The notes: a model not told the origin generated them from the letters alone. A stretch of 64,000 nt of DNA from Paraphysomonas bandaiensis (GCA_965644295.1 CBFFRP010000414.1:1-64000), one strand, 5' to 3'; shown: positions 38,201 to 50,875, counted from the stretch's first letter. Made by a program: numbers and translations.

Positions 38201-38526
38201 GCCATATATAGTTAGTTCGATACCTCCAAATATTAACAATAAGAACTCCTTTCGCTAATATATAATCAACATATCTAATATCGAGCTACATTCAATAATT
38301 CCAGAAGATAACAGCCTAACAACTTAGGTAATTTCATACCGTGTAGGTCGTCATTAGCATCATGCCCTTCCAATAAAAACTTATTTCCTTCTGGAGTGAC
38401 TCCGACTGCTGCACTCACAGCTGATCGTATATTCGTGCACTTGAAATCAGTTTCCGACCAAACAGCAGCACATATTTTCTCTTCACTCAAATCAACCGTA
38501 AAGCAGTTATCACCAGTCAATTCCCC
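35280..38526 (-). CDS. Divergent Hsp70/actin-fold-like protein with a C-terminal TM helix and small tail domain, multi-exon (start codon uncertain)
   Basis: FTVDLSEEKICAAVW resembles Hsp70 IGIDLG..SCVAV; PDEALALLL..VTLVVPGYYGMRERRLSIAAAKGAGL resembles PEE..AVITVPAYF..QR..DAG.IAGL. Phase-0 exons 36099-35941 and 35826-35524 join it to the TM-containing 35398-35802 ORF; last exon stops at 35280. Confidence 0.6.
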
Positions 38527-39327
38527 CTATATATACACATGTAATGTATATACACACATATATATACATAGCAGCCCATATAAACTAGTGACAAGCTTAT
38601 AGCCAATCATATACAGGCTTAAGATTTTCTCTGTCATTCAGAGACATCCTTCTTCATCTTACCTTTAAATGTCCTGTGTTATTTAAGTGAGATAAGTTTA
38701 TTCTCGGGGCACTCGAGCTGCAGCAACTACTCTGACAACTACTCGTTGATTGAGCCCATGTATTGGCACCTGCACTAAGGGGGAGATTAGAACCACCTGT
38801 AGAGGGGTTGGTAAGTGACATTTCAATGATGTGATAATGTGTATTTATATTTCCAGTGAGTGTTATTGTGATTCCAAGATATGTATGTATATATTTATGA
38901 ACTGTTCATAGTATGGTCAAACCTCTGTCTGATATATACACCAAGAAAACACCGAAAAACACTTAGAAACACCGAAAAGGGGTCTTTTATATGTGAATCA
39001 GAGTAAAAAAATACTCGATTTTTAAGATATTTCGTGTTAGAAATATAAAAAGTCTGTGTTTTTAGGAGGTGTTGTCTTATATTCCAGGAGTTCTAATCTT
39101 TCTTCGCTTCTACACCAACTCAGCAGAGTATTCGCTTATCTCAAAAGCCGGGATTTTTATTCCAAGTGGAGGTTTTGTGTGGACTGATTTACGGTGCTTT
39201 CCAATAGACTTGTTATCAAAATATAAGATTTTTAGATTCCTTCACATAAAAACTCGTATCAGATGTCAAGATATCTCAACTGGATCTGGCTAACAGACAA
39301 CAGAGCAGAGCTTGCAATCTACACAAG

Positions 39328-42300
39328 GCCATGTGACCCGACACCTGATGAGTGTTCATAAGTATATCTATGAAGAGTTTCTACATGTAACGACAATGAT
39401 ATGATGCATCCTGATGCAACAATAGTCTCATATATAACTATAAACACATGTATCTATGCATGCAGAGCTTATGCACATACGTAACGGATTTTTGTTATGC
39501 GGTAATTAAGGATTAGATGGTGTTATCAACTTGACATCTTAAATGAGGCTGAAAGACAGTTCTGATAACTTCTTTGTGTATCAAACATTAAATAGTGTTA
39601 AAAAGCAATCAATTTATATGTATATACTGCAGAGCATTGATATTCATTACTGTATGCAGGCTGTGTTATGTTGCAACAAATGCCCTAAATAAGGCAGCTA
39701 TATTGATGGTCCATGCACTGCAAAAACTCATTATCACGTCATAAATGTACTATCTCTCTTCTGTTTATTCAGTTATTCCTCTGTCTTACAAAACTAAACT
39801 TAACATCTCCCAGCGATAAGTAAAATAATCTATGTATGCCACACAGGGCGCTACTTTCTCTAAACGTACTTGTGAGTTCCATCAGACAGTATTATGGTAG
39901 CTAATTCGAAATACACTGCTCTCCGTCATCTAAGTATGAGCATGAAGTACTCATTTCATAATCAACAGAACTACCGTGCTATTCGTTAGTAAGTTTTACT
40001 TGAGTAACAATATTATCAACCACGTCGCCACAGTGAGTCACTACAGTGTACTAACATGAGAAATACGCGTTTCTAATATATTTTCTCTAGATACGAATTC
40101 GGCTTAGGTAGCACGACGATGCGTATAACTAAGATACTAAGATATCATCCAAAGCAAGGTGTAGAAGTCATTTCATAGTCAACAGAACCACCGTGCTATC
40201 CGTTAGTAATTCTTACTTGTGCAACAAAATTTTCAACCACACCACTACAGTGGGACACTCCAATGTACTAACATGATATTTAGTACTGTATACGTATTTC
40301 TAATACACTTTCTTTAGATACGAATTCGACTTAGATAACACCACAATGATGCCACCTGGCATCATGACATTCAGTAAACATTACGGTACCAAGCTCTCGT
40401 GCACTTATACATTCTATCCACAGAGAATAAGCGCTTCATTAACAACAAGCATGAAGTGTAAAATAATCGAAATTCAACGGAATCGGAATTCAGTAGATTT
40501 TCAAAAATTTTAGCATTGTTCCCGCCAATATGGATTGTTGTGCCAGCGACGATAAGATGACGATAACACTCACAATGGCAAATACATACTCCGGTCGCGC
40601 GGGTCTTCCCAAGATATCCCCCAGACTTGGGAATAATAGCATGGCAATATCGGACACCTATGGAACATATAGCCAGTAAATGCAATTACTTTGCGAACAG
40701 TGGGCTAAATAACAAAATAACACATCTACATATAAATAATCGACATGTGCATAGGGCGCTGAGTTAGTATGCAGCTGTCGAGTATATGCAGTATGAGTCG
40801 AATTCACACACTTACCAAAAATATATTAAGTCCGCAGACGACTAAGCTTACAAATATGCCCGTGGTGTTGTTGACATTGGTAATATTGCACGATACCATG
40901 ATACACACAAACTGGAGAATAAAGATCCCCACGGCGTACCATCTCGTCAACACATCGGGCTTTCCGAGTTCCGCTCTCGTGCTTTTCGCAAGCAGTGCCA
41001 GGTAGTTAAGAAATGCACCGGAAAAAATACCACCTGGTTGAGAACGCACGTTTGACCACGCCGTACTCAGCATTGATGCATCCACGCGAAAAGATGACCA
41101 CATTGTCAAGTCTGCGTCATGAAACTGAGCATTGTATGCACTCTTTGTACCTGTAAGTATGTGAGCCAGTATGTTTTATAACTGCTATGACAGTACAGAA
41201 TCAGTGAGCAAAAATGATATACTAACCAGAGAGAAATGAGAGAAAACTGTACGCGAACGAGCATGCGTACAGTTGAGATGCTCTCCACAAGACCATGGTG
41301 TAATTCCATTTAGCTGTATGAGGATTTAGTTTTCGAACAATACGGCACATACTGTCCGCCATAAAAGCCTGCAACACATACAATTATGCATGCATAGAAT
41401 ACCAATACACCACATGAATTGCAACATACATTAGTCATGCGCAGGATGAGGGCAGTCCACATCCAGAACATAGCCCGGTAAAGATTGCTCGACATAGGTA
41501 GCTCTCCCTTGAAACATATCTCCACAGGTACGATAATTACCCATGTGATGGAGAGCAAATTGCCCATCCAGTTCGTACAGTTAACTACGATGACTGTAGA
41601 TACAATCAATGGTCGCATGGGCTTGTGGCCAAGGTAGTTCTCGAGGCTTGCCTTTATATAATCATAAGGAATGACCACAAAGAATAAAACATGTCAACTA
41701 TATATGGTGACTTGAGCATACACCCCTATCACTTCCACACAGAACTACATACAAAGCGTGCAATTACTTACCAGAGCTCCAGCGAGCACTATGAAGACGA
41801 ACCACAGCCAATAGAAACCTCCCATCGGACTAAAGCATGCCAAACCAAAGAGACCAACGATTATAGTAACAATCAAAAAGTGGATAATCTGTTTACTGAA
41901 GGCAGTACCCCAGAACAACTCCACAGCCCCAGTGCTCCAACGATACACAGCTTCCAAGTAGTCCTCTGTCTTTTTAGCAATGCCATAGGCCACAAAGCAG
42001 GGCATTGATACAGTTGTGGAGTTAGACAAATACTTGTGAGAGGTACCGGTGTCTTCAATGCGTGAGGTTGTGGCAAACTGGAAATCAGCATTCGATATTT
42101 CCCTAGAATAATCAGGTTTATAGTGAGGGAATTATAGGGAAACAAAAGTCAGCGTAACATAGCGTCGTCGGAAGTATATACAACATTTCTACTATCAAAA
42201 TAAAATTTACAAAATGCATGTACTCACCAAATCGCGTTGCTCCCGCTCGAAGTACAGACTTTGCCTGAATCACGTAACGCTTGCCAAACCGTATAGTACG

Positions 42301-45300
42301 ACGCGTTTTTGTTGTCTAGAAAGTCCTCGTGCGTAACATTTGTGAAGTACTGAGGGTATTGAACTAGCATGCATAGTGGGGCATCAGCCTTGTGCTCTCC
42401 AAACTTCTTCAGGGGTTTTCGAGTCTTCGCGTCAACGCTGAAGAAAGGCAGTGCATCATTGAAGAATATAGCCGGCTCTGCCAACATGTGTCGTGCATCC
42501 ACAACTGCAAGCAGGATTTGAGGAGGATTGGCGATCTCGTTGTCCTGCACGAATTGGACAGCCTTTGCACGCAGGAATTCCGCAAAAACATTCATTGCTC
42601 CGGCTTTACCCCTATTCATCTCCAGTAGTCGTAGCTTTGACACTGCTAAAGGCGGATTCTTAAGAATGCCTTGGTCTGCAATGGTAATGCTGGCAGATTT
42701 TTGGTGGAAAGGAACGACAGTTGCCAAATTGTTCTCAATTTTAATAACCTGAAACACAAAGTAAGATATTCACATTTGATAGGAAAAACATGAACATAAG
42801 ACTCTGCCTCATCCTATGCGTATAAAGCTTAATCTGACTACGTATCATACCTTGTACGTATTTCATGCCATGTGACCCGACACCTGATGAGTGTTCATAA
42901 GTATATCTATGAAGAGTTTCTACATGTAACGACAATGATATGATGCATCCTGATGCAACAATAGTCTCATATATAACCATAAACACATGTATCTATGCAT
43001 GCAGAGCTTATGCACATACGTAACGGATTTTTGTTATGCGGTAATTAAGGATTAGATGGTGTTATCAACTTGACATCTTAAATGAGGCTGAAAGACAGTT
43101 CTGATAACTTCTTTGTGTATCAAACATTAAATAGTGTTAAAAAGCAATCAATTTATATGTATATACTGCAGAGCATTGATATTCATTACTGTATGCAGGC
43201 TGTGTTATGTTGCAACAAATGCCCTAAATAAGGCAGCTATATTGATGGTCCATGCACTGCAAAAACTCATTATCACGTCATAAATGTACTATCTCTCTTC
43301 TGTTTATTCAGTTATTCCTCTGTCTTACAAAACTAAACTTAACATCTCCCAGCGATAAGTAAAATAATCTATGTATGCCACACAGGGCGCTACTTTCTCT
43401 AAACGTACTTGTGAGTTCCATCAGACAGTATTATGGTAGCTAATTCGAAATACACTGCTCTCCGTCATCTAAGTATGAGCATGAAGTACTCATTTCATAA
43501 TCAACAGAACTACCGTGCTATTCGTTAGTAAGTTTTACTTGAGTAACAATATTATCAACCACGTCGCCACAGTGAGTCACTACAGTGTACTAACATGAGA
43601 AATACGCGTTTCTAATATATTTTCTCTAGATACGAATTCGGCTTAGGTAGCACGACGATGCGTATAACTAAGATACTAAGATATCATCCAAAGCAAGGTG
43701 TAGAAGTCATTTCATAGTCAACAGAACCACCGTGCTATCCGTTAGTAATTCTTACTTGTGCAACAAAATTTTCAACCACACCACTACAGTGGGACACTCC
43801 AATGTACTAACATGATATTTAGTACTGTATACGTATTTCTAATACACTTTCTTTAGATACGAATTCGACTTAGATAACACCACAATGATGCCACCTGGCA
43901 TCATGACATTCAGTAAACATTACGGTACCAAGCTCTCGTGCACTTATACATTCTATCCACAGAGAATAAGCGCTTCATTAACAACAAGCATGAAGTGTAA
44001 AATAATCGAAATTCAACGGAATCGGAATTCAGTAGATTTTCAAAAATTTTAGCATTGTTCCCGCCAATATGGATTGTTGTGCCAGCGACGATAAGATGAC
44101 GATAACACTCACAATGGCAAATACATACTCCGGTCGCGCGGGTCTTCCCAAGATATCCCCCAGACTTGGGAATAATAGCATGGCAATATCGGACACCTAT
44201 GGAACATATAGCCAGTAAATGCAATTACTTTGCGAACAGTGGGCTAAATAACAAAATAACACATCTACATATAAATAATCGACATGTGCATAGGGCGCTG
44301 AGTTAGTATGCAGCTGTCGAGTATATGCAGTATGAGTCGAATTCACACACTTACCAAAAATATATTAAGTCCGCAGACGACTAAGCTTACAAATATGCCC
44401 GTGGTGTTGTTGACATTGGTAATATTGCACGATACCATGATACACACAAACTGGAGAATAAAGATCCCCACGGCGTACCATCTCGTCAACACATCGGGCT
44501 TTCCGAGTTCCGCTCTCGTGCTTTTCGCAAGCAGTGCCAGGTAGTTAAGAAATGCACCGGAAAAAATACCACCTGGTTGAGAACGCACGTTTGACCACGC
44601 CGTACTCAGCATTGATGCATCCACGCGAAAAGATGACCACATTGTCAAGTCTGCGTCATGAAACTGAGCATTGTATGCACTCTTTGTACCTGTAAGTATG
44701 TGAGCCAGTATGTTTTATAACTGCTATGACAGTACAGAATCAGTGAGCAAAAATGATATACTAACCAGAGAGAAATGAGAGAAAACTGTACGCGAACGAG
44801 CATGCGTACAGTTGAGATGCTCTCCACAAGACCATGGTGTAATTCCATTTAGCTGTATGAGGATTTAGTTTTCGAACAATACGGCACATACTGTCCGCCA
44901 TAAAAGCCTGCAACACATACAATTATGCATGCATAGAATACCAATACACCACATGAATTGCAACATACATTAGTCATGCGCAGGATGAGGGCAGTCCACA
45001 TCCAGAACATAGCCCGGTAAAGATTGCTCGACATAGGTAGCTCTCCCTTGAAACATATCTCCACAGGTACGATAATTACCCATGTGATGGAGAGCAAATT
45101 GCCCATCCAGTTCGTACAGTTAACTACGATGACTGTAGATACAATCAATGGTCGCATGGGCTTGTGGCCAAGGTAGTTCTCGAGGCTTGCCTTTATATAA
45201 TCATAAGGAATGACCACAAAGAATAAAACATGTCAACTATATATGGTGACTTGAGCATACACCCCTATCACTTCCACACAGAACTACATACAAAGCGTGC

Positions 45301-46403
45301 AATTACTTACCAGAGCTCCAGCGAGCACTATGAAGACGAACCACAGCCAATAGAAACCTCCCATCGGACTAAAGCATGCCAAACCAAAGAGACCAACGAT
45401 TATAGTAACAATCAAAAAGTGGATAATCTGTTTACTGAAGGCAGTACCCCAGAACAACTCCACAGCCCCAGTGCTCCAACGATACACAGCTTCCAAGTAG
45501 TCCTCTGTCTTTTTAGCAATGCCATAGGCCACAAAGCAGGGCATTGATACAGTTGTGGAGTTAGACAAATACTTGTGAGAGGTACCGGTGTCTTCAATGC
45601 GTGAGGTTGTGGCAAACTGGAAATCAGCATTCGATATTTCCCTAGAATAATCAGGTTTATAGTGAGGGAATTATAGGGAAACAAAAGTCAGCGTAACATA
45701 GCGTCGTCGGAAGTATATACAACATTTCTACTATCAAAATAAAATTTACAAAATGCATGTACTCACCAAATCGCGTTGCTCCCGCTCGAAGTACAGACTT
45801 TGCCTGAATCACGTAACGCTTGCCAAACCGTATAGTACGACGCGTTTTTGTTGTCTAGAAAGTCCTCGTGCGTAACATTTGTGAAGTACTGAGGGTATTG
45901 AACTAGCATGCATAGTGGGGCATCAGCCTTGTGCTCTCCAAACTTCTTCAGGGGTTTTCGAGTCTTCGCGTCAACGCTGAAGAAAGGCAGTGCATCATTG
46001 AAGAATATAGCCGGCTCTGCCAACATGTGTCGTGCATCCACAACTGCAAGCAGGATTTGAGGAGGATTGGCGATCTCGTTGTCCTGCACGAATTGGACAG
46101 CCTTTGCACGCAGGAATTCCGCAAAAACATTCATTGCTCCGGCTTTACCCCTATTCATCTCCAGTAGTCGTAGCTTTGACACTGCTAAAGGCGGATTCTT
46201 AAGAATGCCTTGGTCTGCAATGGTAATGCTGGCAGATTTTTGGTGGAAAGGAACGACAGTTGCCAAATTGTTCTCAATTTTAATAACCTGAAACACAAAG
46301 TAAGATATTCACATTTGATAGGAAAAACATGAACATAAGACTCTGCCTCATCCTATGCGTATAAAGCTTAATCTGACTACGTATCATACCTTGTACGTAT
46401 TTC
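39328..46403. repeat. Near-perfect tandem duplication, period 3,539 bp (39328-42864 and 42867-46403)
   Basis: Identical ORF sets offset by 3539 (e.g. 40371/43910, 42224/45763). One substitution was seen (39439 t vs 42978 c). Confidence 0.97.
40490..42864 (-). pseudogene. 5'-truncated duplicate of the cellulose-synthase-like gene (lacks almost all of exon 1 and the promoter)
   Basis: Copy of 44029-46403; only the last few codons of exon 1 are included. Confidence 0.75.
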
Positions 46404-48147
46404 TTCTTGTTTCCAGAAGCTGATCCATGTAATCTCCGGTAGAAAGCGGTCGTGAAGACACAGCCTGGTACACAATTGCTCCGGGCTTAATTCGAGTAGT
46501 AACGAATTGTGCTTGTGGTCCCGGGGGATCCGTGAATTTGTCGTACGGTAAGGGACGCAGTCTTGCCCGGCTCATGAACTGCCAATGAATATTCCAGTCC
46601 GGTAAATCTGCACGCTGCAGGATCCATCTGATTTCGATCAAATCGTCAGGGTTAATAGGACTAACAGGGTCTTCTGGATCAGAACACGGTGTGCCAGTGA
46701 AGGCATCATACAACTCAATCAAAAGCTGATGAACATCCACAATATCTTCCGAATCAAATATCTCTAAAAAGGGAGCTGCAAGGAAAAGACTATCAAGAGC
46801 CGACGGGGTGTTCCGATAGTTATACGTCCACTCGCGGTCCTTCACCACCTCCAGCCAATGATGTAGGAATGATAACAGTGGGACGATATCGCCAACATTT
46901 ACTGTCACTTCATCACGCACCGGAAAGAAGCCATTTTCGCCACTAGGGGTTGCACCTTTAGGTGATATGGACATGCTGCGCATTGGATTTTCAAAAGTAG
47001 AAATAGAATCCTCGCGGGCAGCGGAGTGACTTGAATTTTCAGTGTGTCCTGAACTTTCTCTGGTCGAGACCTTAGGGAAGAATTCCTTCGACGAGTCAGC
47101 TGAAATACTGTTTGTCTTGTTACCTACACTTGACTCTTCAGTCCGACTTGCAGGGCTCTCAAGAACCATGGGTAGCGGGGTACTCCCTGCTATCTCTTCT
47201 GAAGTATATGCTGTAGCCGCCCGACTTCGAGGGTTGCGCAACATAGTTAAGTTTTTAAAATGCTGATTTGATTCCGTAGTTGAGCCATCCAGTCCATTTG
47301 GTACGACGGTTTCCATTTTACTGATCCGTATATTATTATGTCCCCCCGCGGATATTTCGTCATACCTTTCAACCGTATAGGCACGAGAAGTGCGACGGGT
47401 TGGAGGATGCTGAGGGGTTTCCTGAGACACTTCCGGGGCCAGTTCTGCATTATTCCTCTGTTGAATACGTATACACAGCTGAACCATAGATGTTATGAAT
47501 TTCATCCAGGCAAGCCAAAGACGCTTTCGTTGTTCCTCGCCTTTAAGTCGTTTTTCATTGAGAATAGTATCCACGTAGAGGCCTCGTAGTGAGTGTCGTC
47601 CAGCACAAGTATTAAAAACTGTGCATGTTTTACCCAATAAACCACGCAAAAAAATCGCCTCGTCCTCTGATACGAATGGAGAGCAATTACCGATCACAAT
47701 GTGACCATGACAGCAAACAGATCGCGTTGACTCCAACTCAGTTGGTTTTCCACTAACCATTGGCAAACCTCGAAAAAATGTATTCACAGCATCCAAAAAG
47801 GCAACAATTAATATCACCCATTCAATCGTACTCACACCTAATCCCCAATCATTTGGAAAGTTATCAGAATGAGAGCCTAATGCATATCGAAAGACGAGAG
47901 GACCCAATACAGCCAATATGAATAAATTCAATAAAAATATGGATCTTTCTTTAAAAATTAACTTTTCATATTCTTCAGAAATAGTAATTTTTGAATCCGC
48001 AAATAAAGAAACTTTTGGTGAACGTGAATTATATATATTTGGACCTGTAGATACGGGGGGTTGACCAGACTCCTCTGCATAGTATATCTCCGCATAATCA
48101 ATGCCTTTAGGGGCTGTTTTACGGGTTATTTTAGCATGTCCTGCCAT
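44029..48147 (-). CDS. Cellulose-synthase-like processive GT2 glycosyltransferase with multiple TM helices, ~6 exons
   Basis: Two N-terminal TMs, then GKAGAMN, VVDARH, LVQYPQYFTN, SGSNAIW, IEDTGTS and AVYRWSTGAVE, followed by several TMs. The last exon VSDIAML..KFLKIY* ends at 44029. Confidence 0.82.
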
Positions 48148-48843
48148 TGATAAAATGAGAAGTCAACTAAATTGTGTTTGATTTATAGGTAGATAGAGTT
48201 TGAATTATGGGAAGACTCCATGATCGACTGGTTCGAGGAAGATCCACTCTCTATATACATACACGTACATACATACACGTACATGTACATACATACATAC
48301 ATATCCACACCACACAAACATCTATACGAAAAATTCATCGGATCATTGAAATTACAAGACTACAATGTATCATACGGTATACTCTTCCTACACCCTTGAA
48401 AACCCCAAGATTTTGCCTTTTAGTATCTATATTTCACAGTTTTTATATCCAAAAATATGATATTTTCTACTAGTATGGCATAGAAAATCTAGGCACAGTA
48501 TATGAAACGTTCATATGAGATAGACCCAAAAAAAAGTAACGGACTTATATATGTACGTATAAGTGTGTATATGTATGTATGTACGTACGTATAATGTGTG
48601 TATGTCTATATATGTCTGTGTACCTATCTGTACATACACAGTGCATGTATATGTATGTCTATACAGCAGTGTATGTATATATACGTAGAGAGAGAGCGTG
48701 GGCTGGTGTGAGCGATAGGATACACATCAGCTCACTCCATCGTACTTCTAACACCACTCTACTAATCAATTATCCCTAAGAACGCCCATTCATTATCCAC
48801 TATATGTCTCTATTCATACTCTAAGAAGAAAACACCCTTACTA

Positions 48844-49262
48844 ATGACTGCTAAAGCCAGTGACATTCCATTTGTCGGTTAGTCGATGCATTATATTCAT
48901 ATATAGTCATATATAATTATTTAACAGGAAAACTACAGCATTCTCATGCAAGAGTAACTGCCAAACCGAATGTATTATACGACAAAGGTGGATCTGACTT
49001 CAGGACTCCTTGGCATACATCTAGTTTGGGTAAACAGCCTACAAGCTCGAAACATAATAATACTGCTCCAAGAGTGACACTAGGGAAAGCACCAAGATTC
49101 GGGAAATCTGATACTATTGGACCTGGTCCAAATATGGCACAGCCAAGTTCGTTCAAGAAGCAACTCGTATCTAATCGTAAAGCGGCACCAACTGCTCATT
49201 TCGGAACCAGTACAAGGGATGATGCCCTCAAGCAATATGCGATATATACAACAAAGAAGTGA
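48844..49262 (+). CDS. Small basic protein with a PGP motif, ODF3/SHIPPO-like putative axonemal protein, 2 exons
   Basis: ATG at 48844 and intron 48878-48927 join in frame to the 49026 ORF; repeats S-G/K-KQ..S....AP...FG...RF and IGPGP. Confidence 0.6.
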
Positions 49263-49705
49263 GTGTTTTCTGTTTTGTGATTCACAGTAGTTTAGTTTTT
49301 GGGCGTACGGTTGTATATCATTGGTTGGTAATGTGTTAGTTCCACAAAGTATTTACTGTCAAATTAGTTTAGCGAAGTATCAACATAGCATAAAGGACTA
49401 TGTAAACTGATTGCATTGTTACTGCACACGCAGCTCTGTCGATATTGTAGCTCGTATCGTCGAATTACACGTAGAAAGTGACATAACGAGTTATCATGTT
49501 ATTCATAGGAGACAAGCACACTGGTATCGTTTGGGTTATCATCCTTCTTCCCTTAGACGTTGCTTATGAAAGGTTTACTAGTCATATATAACACTGACAA
49601 AACGCTCAACTGCTCCATGAATAGCACAGACAAATAATAAATAGTTGTTGTTGTTGTTGCAAAATTAGCACAGTTAGTATACCGCGCTGGAAGCATAGTC
49701 AAGCA

Positions 49706-50202
49706 CCCCTCAACAAAGTCGGACTCGCACCTTTTCGTGGTGTTCTGGGGGAAAAGTACCGGAGATATTTCTCCGGGAAACTAACGTGAGCCGCAAACAT
49801 AGTCAGCAGATATTCTTCTGCCCACTCATAGCCAAATGCTTGTGTGATACAAGGGCCACCAATAAGTGTCACTTGTGTAGACGTCTTCGGGCCCTGACGA
49901 ATAAACAGGCATCCGGGAATGGGCCCACCTCAAGGGCATCCGGGACAGGGCCCACCTGAAGGGTAACCGGGGTATTGGGCTGCCTGCTGAAGTCAAGCAT
50001 CCGGGGTGTTCACCTTAAGAACTCAGAGCGGAAGTGGTCGCACCTTGGTGCTTGCGGCGGCGCACAAGCAGCTTCCGTAGGATAAATAAGTGAGTACTGA
50101 TTAGTCACAGGTAGAGGTCTAACTAGTTTGTCTAGCATTCATCTAGCTACTAAGTTGGTGCAGGTTTTTAACGCTTATTGCTAATAATAAGACTTTCAAT
50201 AT
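49706..50202 (+). mobile_element. Non-autonomous ingi-like retroposon, type A (~500 bp)
   Basis: 11-bp TSD atagtcaagca (49695-49705 / 50203-50213); 5' end ccctcaacaaagtcggac; 3' tail ..ctttcaatat. Confidence 0.85.
49707..49792 (+). ncRNA. Putative HDV-like self-cleaving ribozyme (5' end of retroposon copy A)
   Basis: P1 CCCUCAAC/GUUCUGGG (2x2 mismatch), P2 CUCGC/GUGAG, P3 ACC/GGU with L3 UUUUCGU, GG after P1, P4 CCGGAGA-UAUU-UCUCCGG, J4/2 CUAA with C at 49781. Confidence 0.6.
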
Positions 50203-50470
50203 ATAGTCAAGCATAATAAATGCAACTTCAACAGCATAGGAGCATGTACAATACCTTCATAGTTTTCAGTTGTTTCTATTAAAAATTACTTTCAATATTT
50301 CAACGACCGTACCAATACTAATAATATTCCATAGAAATAATCACCTATCATAATGTTTTGTCCTAACTTATTGTATTATTATTTGACGTCGTAGCATTAA
50401 GTCGAGGTAATACCAAAATCTGGTAAAGCGATTTCACCAGGTTTCATATCTAAGTATTGAGTTATTATTT

Positions 50471-50875
50471 TACTGTAATTTTTATCTGAGAGGTTAAAGA
50501 TAAAGAAAAAGTCGCAAGTATAGTTGTTATTAGCAGTATTTATTGCGTTACAAGTTGGCCCTGTTACTTGTGTTTTGTAATAATATCATATATATTCTCA
50601 TATAGCTGCATTTGCCTCTCTTGAGATTGCGAACATTCCAACCGAGTAGCCTGATTTGGAATAGATTGCATACGCATATAGCTATCTTCACCACTACTAC
50701 TTACACTGATATTAGTAGCTATGCTCGGAGACGACGCGGCAGCAGCCGTTGGGGGCACATTACTGTAGTATGTGGATTATCATTATCACTGTAACGCAAT
50801 AAATATTGCTAATAACAACTATAATTGCAACTTTTTCTTTATCTTTAACCTCTCAGTTACAAATAAATAACAGTA
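50471..50875. mobile_element. MITE-like element with ~70-bp TIRs
   Basis: ctgagaggttaaagataaagaaaaag..tttattgcgttaca (50486-50552) is inverted relative to tgtaacgcaataaa..ctttatctttaacctctcag (50790-50856); outer ends tactgt / acagta. Confidence 0.75.

Noticed and set aside
1115-49262. sAC, phosphagen kinase and ODF3-like genes as a flagellar gene cluster; GT2 plus TBL as a polysaccharide cluster
   Set aside because: The genes are tens of kb apart and interleaved with unrelated housekeeping genes, with no evidence of co-regulation.
49718-49732. GGTGCGAGTCC on the minus strand as a tRNA B-box (tRNA-derived SINE)
   Set aside because: There is no A-box or cloverleaf, TSD and tail polarity put the element on the other strand, and the bases are explained by ribozyme P2/P3.
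49894-49915. CTGACGA in the repeat head as a possible hammerhead ribozyme core (Penelope/retrozyme)
   Set aside because: No stem II plus GAAA follows, and the motif is not conserved in copies C, D or E.
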